A stretch of 32,000 nucleotides of DNA. It comes from Trichlorobacter lovleyi SZ. GTDB taxonomy: Bacteria > Desulfobacterota > Desulfuromonadia > Geobacterales > Pseudopelobacteraceae. Below the pieces are notes generated by a model, which was given only the letters and a program-made list of their open reading frames with translations, searched no databases and was not told the origin of the DNA. This document shows, in pieces, positions 26,184 through 32,000 of this stretch (position 1 is its first letter; every line of letters begins with the position of its first letter). Location: positions 3,660,001 to 3,692,000 of the forward strand of contig NC_010814.1 in NCBI RefSeq assembly GCF_000020385.1, given 5' to 3'. The position numbers were made by a program, and so were the translations under genes.

Positions 26184-26747
26184 CTATTTCGTAACGCACT
26201 GTTCCACCTGCATCAGCTCAGACGGATAAGGGCTTGCAATTCGATTTAACTCCTGCAGAATTGGACGCTCACCTCGCAGCCAACTATCCAGTTCTCTCTG
26301 ATGCAACAGCACTGGCATTTTGTTGTAGAGTGGTGCAAGCAACACATTTGCCGCTGTGGTGAGCAGAATAATGCCTTCACGGATGTCACCGCCCTTGCTT
26401 TGCCAGCCCTCGCAAATTGCTGCGCAATGCATTAACGAGCCATCCTTCATTGTGACCTCGTACCAAATATTGCTGCTGCATACACGGTAACCATTTATCG
26501 GGACAATGCACTGGCAGACCTTGAACACGGTTGACTTAAACCATCTTTTATCGATCGTCAGCGCGTCTGCAGCACCCAGCATACGTCTCACCATGGCCTG
26601 ACGCTTCCCACACTGGTCATGCCGTACAATCAGACCCTGTTTGCCATATTTGATGCTGTCGTCGGCGACCCAGTCAGAAGGCAACTGCACCCCATAGACG
26701 GTGTTCAACTGTTCTGTCGGGTCTGTAATGGTAAACTTAAGCTGCAT
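26184..26747 (-). CDS. SRAP (YedK/HMCES, DUF159)-fold protein lacking the catalytic residues
   Basis: 187 aa from ATG 26747. MQLKFT aligns with the family N-terminus MCGRF. The blocks RWFKSTV, CIVPINGY, DGSLMHCAAI and EGIILLTTAANVLLAPLYNKMPVLL are colinear with E. coli YedK. This is a hand alignment from memory. Confidence 0.55.
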   Translation of the reverse strand: MQLKFTITDPTEQLNTVYGVQLPSDWVADDSIKYGKQGLIVRHDQCGKRQAMVRRMLGAADALTIDKRWFKSTVFKVCQCIVPINGYRVCSSNIWYEVTMKDGSLMHCAAICEGWQSKGGDIREGIILLTTAANVLLAPLYNKMPVLLHQRELDSWLRGERPILQELNRIASPYPSELMQVEQCVTK

Positions 26748-26751
26748 AGAG

Positions 26752-26964
26752 TCACGTTGCCTTGCCAAAAGACTCGCCGCTGTATAATTGGCAATCTTCG
26801 CGCCAGAGGCAGTCAATTTGCCCGCACACCGCTGAACTGCCAGTGCCAAAACAGCTCTGATTTCCTTCTGCATGCTGAATTGAGTGAATCAACTCGGCCT
26901 TTGACAGCCTTCCCGCTTTGATACCGCGCTCTTTAGCCATCTCCCTGATAATGCTTACTTTCAT
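26752..26964 (-). CDS. SAP/Rho_N-like mini-protein with a C-x8-C-x4-C-x5-C motif
   Basis: 70 aa. GGGAGGA lies 7 nt upstream of ATG 26964. The N-terminus MKVSIIREMAKERGIKAGRLSKAELIHSIQ resembles SAP/Rho N-terminal helix-loop-helix domains, followed by CFGTGSSAVCGQIDCLWREDC. Confidence 0.6.
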   Translation of the reverse strand: MKVSIIREMAKERGIKAGRLSKAELIHSIQHAEGNQSCFGTGSSAVCGQIDCLWREDCQLYSGESFGKAT

Positions 26965-27016
26965 TGCTATTCCTCCCTTTTCAGGTAATCCTCGGCTGCC
27001 AGCGGCCCACACAATT

Positions 27017-27034
27017 CGATTGAACGTTCATTCG
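27017..27034. promoter_or_regulatory. 18-bp palindromic operator candidate, site 1 (cgattgaacgttcattcg)
   Basis: The perfect 10-bp core TGAACGTTCA sits within a 16/18 palindrome, 52 nt upstream of the mini-gene ATG. Its reverse complement matches site 2 at 16/18 positions. Confidence 0.5.
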
Positions 27035-27077
27035 GCACATTCAAAAGACTATTGCCAATTTTTGTGGCCCATACCTT

Positions 27078-27647
27078 TTAAGGCTTTAGGGCATTCCAAC
27101 AGGCCTCGACTGTTTTTTCAATCAGAAGATCATCAAGTGTTATAAGCCCAAAGATATGATCACGACATATAAGCAGCAAGGGACCAAACGCCAGGGCAAA
27201 AATTACCGGCAAGGGCAAATCTTTAATAAGACCCTGTTGTCGGGCTTCTTCAAAAAGTGAAGAGATAAGGTCGTTTTTTTTTCCCAACATCCTTTCCCGT
27301 CTGCTGGCAACCCCATAGGGAGAATTATGAAACTGTTCAATAAAACGAGATTTCATAGGGAATACGATAAAAGAGCTTACCAGCATCCGTCCGATATGCA
27401 GGAAGCGCTCCTGTACAGAGCTATCTTCGCAATACCCTTGCCTGATGGACTCAAGTAATTGTTCTTCAAGAAGGGCATAGGTAGCCTCAATAAGCGCGTC
27501 TTTGCTTTCAAAGTAATGGTAAATGGTACCTGCTGCCACACCGGCACGCTTGGCAATCCCGGACATCGGTGTCCCATGAAATCCATTTTCAGCAATCAGC
27601 TCCATGGCAGCCTGTATCACGGCCATACGCTTATCAGTGTTCTCCAT
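27078..27647 (-). CDS. TetR/AcrR-family transcriptional regulator
   Basis: 189 aa with an N-terminal HTH (GFHGTPMSGIAKRAGVAAGTIYHYFESKDAL) and a helical ligand-binding domain. GGGAG lies upstream of the ATG. Confidence 0.9.
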   Translation of the reverse strand: MENTDKRMAVIQAAMELIAENGFHGTPMSGIAKRAGVAAGTIYHYFESKDALIEATYALLEEQLLESIRQGYCEDSSVQERFLHIGRMLVSSFIVFPMKSRFIEQFHNSPYGVASRRERMLGKKNDLISSLFEEARQQGLIKDLPLPVIFALAFGPLLLICRDHIFGLITLDDLLIEKTVEACWNALKP

Positions 27648-27667
27648 TGGTCACTCCCACATTTTAC

Positions 27668-27685
27668 CGAATGAACATTCAATCT
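27668..27685. promoter_or_regulatory. operator candidate, site 2 (cgaatgaacattcaatct)
   Basis: Lies 20 nt upstream of the tetR ATG and 2 nt downstream of the candidate -10. Near-identical to the reverse complement of site 1. Confidence 0.5.
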
Positions 27686-27686
27686 A

Positions 27687-27714
27687 AACATATCAAACAA
27701 TGTGGTGGTGTCAA
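27687..27714 (-). promoter_or_regulatory. candidate sigma-70 promoter for tetR (TTGACA-16-TATGTT)
   Basis: -35 at 27709-27714 and -10 at 27687-27692 on the minus strand. The operator candidate covers the predicted transcription start. Confidence 0.35.
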
Positions 27715-27742
27715 GCACCTGTTCCAAAGAATATGTTACTTA

Positions 27743-28678
27743 CTACAGCCAATCCGTCAGCATTACACCGATGCCAATCCGGTTGGTGTGATGGTTATAA
27801 TCCACCAGACTTTCACCATAACCGTTGAAATACTGGACATACCCCTTCAATTTCTTGTGCAGGGGAAAGCTCCAGTCCAACTGTACCGCTCCTTTATTCC
27901 CGGAGGTACGCAGGTTGTTGCGCAGCATCAGTGTCAGGGTATGCTCCCTGATTTTTTGTAACAGCTGTAGTTCTCCGTATCCGTAATATTTTTCCATGTG
28001 GGGATTTTCATCGTCCTTTGCCGCTTCAGGGATGCGGAACCACGGTTTGAGTACGATATAGGTGTCTCCCCTGCTGAACGGAAAGGTGGCCACAATCCGG
28101 TTCCAACTGCGAGAAAGCGGCTTTGAGCGTCCATTGGACTGATGGTTGAAACCAATTGACATCACTTGGCTGGTTACACCGTAAAACTCATAGCCGGTAT
28201 TGAAGGCCAGAAAGAGCTCCGGCTCAAAGTTGATCTCCCTGAACGGGGCTGAAATTTTACTGTTATAGGCCTGCCAAAATGCAAGTTGACTGTAGGCCGC
28301 ATACAGGGTGCCGTTATCGCCGAAGATATTTTCCCAGAGCGGGGTTTTGATACTCAGCTGGAATTTAACTTCAAGATTGTCCAGTGTCTCATTGCTGTCT
28401 GTCAACCCGTTATAGGCGTTGTTGTTCGGGGATGTATTATAGGTAACCGGCAGCAGGTAGTTGGATTTATGGGGCAAAATAGAAAACAGCAGGCCGGAGG
28501 CCTGCTGTTCCTGTTGCATCCGTTTATGCAAAGCGGTCGTGGCAGAGGGGAGCTCCCGTTCCGGTGACAACGGCAACCCGGGTTGGGTGCCCGGACTTGC
28601 ACAATCCGCCTGTCCCGTTTGCAGTGCTGCAAACAAGAGCATCACCATCATCAATCTTAAACGAGGTAAAGGCCTCAC
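27743..28678 (-). CDS. pldA: outer-membrane phospholipase A
   Basis: 311 aa with a signal peptide. The active-site block [20 protein letters not shown] matches E. coli OMPLA NHDSNGRSDPTSRSWNRL. The GTG start overlaps the upstream OMF stop (GTGA at 28675-28678). Confidence 0.9.
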   Translation of the reverse strand: MRPLPRLRLMMVMLLFAALQTGQADCASPGTQPGLPLSPERELPSATTALHKRMQQEQQASGLLFSILPHKSNYLLPVTYNTSPNNNAYNGLTDSNETLDNLEVKFQLSIKTPLWENIFGDNGTLYAAYSQLAFWQAYNSKISAPFREINFEPELFLAFNTGYEFYGVTSQVMSIGFNHQSNGRSKPLSRSWNRIVATFPFSRGDTYIVLKPWFRIPEAAKDDENPHMEKYYGYGELQLLQKIREHTLTLMLRNNLRTSGNKGAVQLDWSFPLHKKLKGYVQYFNGYGESLVDYNHHTNRIGIGVMLTDWL

Positions 28679-30108
28679 TTGGCAGCCCCGCCCCCCAGTA
28701 CCTTGTAGGCGGTGGCCTGATTGGCCAGTCTGGCCAGCCGGACCGTGATCAGGTTCTGCTGGGCAGCATACAGGGCACGTTGTGCAACGATCACGGTCAG
28801 GTAGCTGTCCACTCCCCTGTCGTAGCGGGCCTGCGAAAGACGATGGCTTTCAGCCGTGGCATCGGTCAGCGACTGTTGGGCAGCCAGCTGGTCATTAATA
28901 GTACCACGCTGGGCCAGGGTATCAGCCACCTCCCGGAAGGCGGTCTGGATCGCCTTTTCGTACTGGGCCACGGCAATATCACGATCTGCCTTGCTGACAT
29001 CCAGACCGGCAATATTCCGGCCGGTGTCGAACAGCGGCACACTGATCTGGGGCACAAAATTCCAGGCCACCGAACCGGGCTGGAACAGATCGGTCAGCTT
29101 GGCACTGGCCGTACCAAAACCGGCACTCAGGCCAATCCGGGGGAAGAAGGCGGCCCGGGCAGCGCCAATGTTGGCGTTGGCCCCTTTCAGCCGATGTTCG
29201 GCAGCCAGGATGTCAGGCCGTTTCAGCAGCACCTCGGACGGCAGCCCCACCGACAGTTCCTGCACTGCCGTCAGGCTGCCCAGCTCTGTTGGCAACAGGT
29301 CGGCCGCTACCGGTCTGCCCACCAGCAGGCCAAGGGCATTCTCATCCTGAGCCACCAGAGTGGTGTAGCGGGCGATATCCACCCGGGCCGCATCCACGGC
29401 GGTTTGGGCCTGATAGAGGTCAAGGGCCGAGGTAATCCCGGCATCATAGCGATGTTTGATGAGCTGGTAGTACTCCTGCTGACTTGCCAGGGTATCACGG
29501 GTAATCTTGAGCCGCTCCCGGTCAGCGGCCAGGGTCAGCCAGGCATTGGCCACTTCGGCCACCAGGCTGATCTGGACACTGTTTCTGGCCTGTTCGGTTG
29601 CCAGGTACTGCTCCAGGGCCTGGTCTTTCAGACTCTGCACCCGGCCGAACAGGTCCAGCTCGTAATTGCTGACCCCCAGACCGACGTTATACTGTTCACT
29701 GACACGGGCCCGGCCGGTTGAGGAGAGGTCAGCCGGGGTGCGCTGAATGGTGGCCCCGGCAGTGCCGTTGATGGTCGGCAGCAGGTCGGCCCGCTGAATC
29801 CGGTACTGGGCACGGGTCTTCTCAATGGTCAGGGCTGCCACCCGCAGGTCACGGTTGTTGGCCAGGGCCAGTTCAATCACCTTCTGCAGGCGGGGCTCCA
29901 CAAAAAACTCCCGCCAGGGTACCTCGGCCAGCGGTTTCTGATCAGCCTTGGCAGTCTCGGCCTTATAGGCCTCGCCGCTGGGCCAGCCAGCTGTAACCGG
30001 CGCATCAGGCCGGGTGTAGCTGGGGGCCATGGTGCAACCGGACAAGGCACCGGCCAGGAGTGCTGCACAAAAAACCGAAGCAACAGGAAATGACGCTCGT
30101 TTTTTCAT
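28675..30108 (-). CDS. RND efflux outer-membrane factor lipoprotein (NodT/OprM family)
   Basis: ATG 30108 gives [25 protein letters not shown] (lipobox), followed by two OEP repeats. It starts 2 nt after the RND pump stop. Confidence 0.9.
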   Translation of the reverse strand: MKKRASFPVASVFCAALLAGALSGCTMAPSYTRPDAPVTAGWPSGEAYKAETAKADQKPLAEVPWREFFVEPRLQKVIELALANNRDLRVAALTIEKTRAQYRIQRADLLPTINGTAGATIQRTPADLSSTGRARVSEQYNVGLGVSNYELDLFGRVQSLKDQALEQYLATEQARNSVQISLVAEVANAWLTLAADRERLKITRDTLASQQEYYQLIKHRYDAGITSALDLYQAQTAVDAARVDIARYTTLVAQDENALGLLVGRPVAADLLPTELGSLTAVQELSVGLPSEVLLKRPDILAAEHRLKGANANIGAARAAFFPRIGLSAGFGTASAKLTDLFQPGSVAWNFVPQISVPLFDTGRNIAGLDVSKADRDIAVAQYEKAIQTAFREVADTLAQRGTINDQLAAQQSLTDATAESHRLSQARYDRGVDSYLTVIVAQRALYAAQQNLITVRLARLANQATAYKVLGGGAAK

Positions 30109-30109
30109 A

Positions 30110-32000
30110 TCAGTGCCCCTCCTGTACAGCAGTCGGCAGTGCATGGCCCGCATCCTTTTTGTACTTCTTCCGCCCAAACAAGCGCGATACCATCACAAAG
30201 AAAAACGGAATAAAGATCAGGTCAATAAAGGTGGCGGACAACAGACCGCCGGTTACCGCCGTGCCGATGGCGTTCTGGGCGGCCGCCCCCGCCCCTTTGG
30301 TCAACGCCAGCGGCAGGGTGCCGAAGAAGAAGGCCAGCGAGGTCATGATAACCGGACGCAGCCGGATCTTGACTGCCGACAGGGTCGCATCAACCAGTTC
30401 ATGCCCCTGATGCAGCTGCTCCTTGATAAACTGGATGATCAGGATCGCGTTCTTGGTGGAAAGCCCCACCGTGGTCAGCAATCCGATCTGCAAATAGACG
30501 TCGTTGGGCAGCAAACGCAAGGTCACCGCAGTCACCGCACCCACCAGCCCCAGCGGCAGCATCAACAGGTTCACAAATGGGATGGTCCAGCTTTCATACA
30601 GGGCCGCTACTGCCAGGAACACCACCAGGAGCGAGATGGCGTAAAGCGCGGGCGCCTGCGCCCCGGCGTTTTTCTCTTCATAGGAAAGGCCGGTCCATTC
30701 ATAGCCAATACCGGACGGTAGTTTGGCCGCCATCTTTTCCATTTCGGCCATCGCCTCTCCGGTACTGATCCCGGCAGCTGCCTGCCCCATGATCTCAACC
30801 GACGGAATACCGTTGTAACGTTCAAGACGGGGCGAACCGTACTGCCAGCGGGCCGTGGCAAAGGCCGAGAACGGAACCATATCCCCTTTATCATTGCGCA
30901 CATACCATTTACCGATATCCTCAGGCAACATCCGGTACTTGGCATCGGCCTGCAGGTAGACCTTCTTGACCCGGCCATTTTCGATAAAGTCGTTGACATA
31001 GGAACTGCCCCAGACCGTAGCCAACACTTCGTTGATGCTGGCAAGAGAGACCCCCAATGCACCTGCCCGGACATCATCAATATCCAGCTTGAACTGGGGT
31101 GAATCATCCTGCCCGTTGGGACGTACCGCCACCAGCTTCTTGTTCTGCATGGCCATGCCCAAGAGCATGTTGCGGGCCTCCATCAGTTTATCATGGCCAA
31201 GACCGCCGCGATCCTGCAGCTGGAAGTCAAAACCGTTGGCCTGCCCCAACTCCACCACCGCCGGTGGTGAAAAGGCAAAGGCCAGGCCATCCTTGATCTT
31301 TGAGAAAGCCCCCATTGCGCGACCGGCAACGGCTGGCGCCTTCATATCTTTGGTTGGACGCAGCTTCCAGTCCTTCAATTTGACAAAGGCCAGGCCCATA
31401 TTCTGCCCACTACCGGCAAAGCTGAAGCCGGCCACGGTGATGATCGCCTCAACCGTCTTCTTTTCCTTTTCAAGAAAATGCTGCTCAAGCTGCTCGACCA
31501 CCTTCAGGGTTCGCTCCTGGGTAGCCCCGGCAGGCAGCTGCACCTGGCAGATGATAAAGCCCTGGTCTTCATCCGGCAGGAAGGCAGTCGGGAGACGGTG
31601 GAAGAAAAGCATCATGGCTGCCACGATGCAGCCGTACACCACCAGATAGCGGATCGGCTTGTTGAATGAGCGTCCGACAATTCCCTCATATTTCCCTCTG
31701 GCCCAGTCAAATTTGCGGTTAAACCAACGGAAGAATTTGCAGAACGGCCCGCACTCACCCGGTTCATGCCCCTTTTCAACCGGCTTCAACAGCGTTGAGC
31801 AGAGTGCCGGCGTTAGAATCAGGGCCACCAACACCGACAGGATCATGGCCGCGATGATGGTGATTGAAAACTGGCGGTAGATCACGCCGGTGGAGCCGCC
31901 AAAGAAGGCCATCGGCAGGAAGACCGCCGACAGTACCGTGGCGATACCCACCAGGGCGCTGGTGATCTGGCCCATGGATTTGATAGTGGCGTCGTGAGGC
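30110..32000 (-). CDS. RND multidrug efflux permease (AcrB/MexB family), C-terminal ~630 aa; the N-terminus lies beyond the window
   Basis: [41 protein letters not shown] matches the AcrB TM4-5 region. The frame stays open to position 32000. Confidence 0.92.
   Translation of the reverse strand, partial: PHDATIKSMGQITSALVGIATVLSAVFLPMAFFGGSTGVIYRQFSITIIAAMILSVLVALILTPALCSTLLKPVEKGHEPGECGPFCKFFRWFNRKFDWARGKYEGIVGRSFNKPIRYLVVYGCIVAAMMLFFHRLPTAFLPDEDQGFIICQVQLPAGATQERTLKVVEQLEQHFLEKEKKTVEAIITVAGFSFAGSGQNMGLAFVKLKDWKLRPTKDMKAPAVAGRAMGAFSKIKDGLAFAFSPPAVVELGQANGFDFQLQDRGGLGHDKLMEARNMLLGMAMQNKKLVAVRPNGQDDSPQFKLDIDDVRAGALGVSLASINEVLATVWGSSYVNDFIENGRVKKVYLQADAKYRMLPEDIGKWYVRNDKGDMVPFSAFATARWQYGSPRLERYNGIPSVEIMGQAAAGISTGEAMAEMEKMAAKLPSGIGYEWTGLSYEEKNAGAQAPALYAISLLVVFLAVAALYESWTIPFVNLLMLPLGLVGAVTAVTLRLLPNDVYLQIGLLTTVGLSTKNAILIIQFIKEQLHQGHELVDATLSAVKIRLRPVIMTSLAFFFGTLPLALTKGAGAAAQNAIGTAVTGGLLSATFIDLIFIPFFFVMVSRLFGRKKYKKDAGHALPTAVQEGH

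Noticed and set aside
26748-26873. A longer 229-aa version of the SRAP-like ORF.
   Set aside because: It would overlap the SAP-like mini-gene, which has a strong ribosome-binding site, by 122 nt in another frame. The internal ATG at 26747 aligns exactly with the family N-terminus position.
28564-29721. 385-aa plus-strand ORF, the longest unassigned ORF in the track.
   Set aside because: It lies entirely antisense to the NodT-family OMF gene, whose product has clear family features. Its translation is low-complexity (G/Q/P/H/L-rich) with no motif. This is a typical shadow ORF in GC-rich DNA.
1-32000. CRISPR arrays, tRNA or rRNA genes, prophage or defence-island gene sets.
   Set aside because: There are no regularly spaced direct repeats, no cloverleaf-sized conserved segments in the few spacers longer than 100 nt, and no phage or defence hallmark proteins among the ORFs.

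Overview
This is a 32-kb chromosomal segment from a GC-rich diderm bacterium, as shown by a sigma-54 enhancer-binding protein, Omp85, PldA and RND efflux genes. The proteins resemble Desulfuromonadales/Geobacter-type Deltaproteobacteria, but that is inference only. I can support about 30 genes, nearly all on the minus strand. Positions 1-19 kb are core/housekeeping: a methyltransferase, an NtrC-type two-component pair, an Omp85-like lipoprotein, an MsbA-like ABC exporter, ssb, plsC, RNase J, an acyl-CoA synthetase, cobL, and a YhiI-RbbA-YhhJ-type tripartite ABC-2 exporter. Positions ~19-28.7 kb are visibly AT-richer and look accessory. They hold a PAS/HD-GYP protein, fabI, an internally duplicated beta-barrel OMP, a PagL-like deacylase, an ArnT-like glycosyltransferase split by an IS4-family element with a 16-bp target duplication, and a C-terminal stump of an ArnC-like GT2. 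Next come a tetR gene, a 70-aa 4-Cys SAP/Rho_N-like mini-protein and an SRAP/YedK-fold protein that appears to lack all catalytic residues. The same 18-bp palindrome sits upstream of tetR and upstream of the mini-gene, and this cassette is the best candidate for something undescribed. After it, pldA is translationally coupled to an RND efflux operon (OMF plus an AcrB-like pump truncated by the window end). Non-coding highlights are an ~85-nt repeat with a 35-nt identical core (one copy inside the 5' coding end of rnj, one just downstream of rnj), a 138-bp imperfect palindrome filling the cobL/acyl-CoA synthetase spacer, and a 14-bp tandem duplication at a convergent gene overlap. No rRNA, tRNA or CRISPR array was seen. 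All family calls rest on motif recognition by eye and memory; no searches were run.
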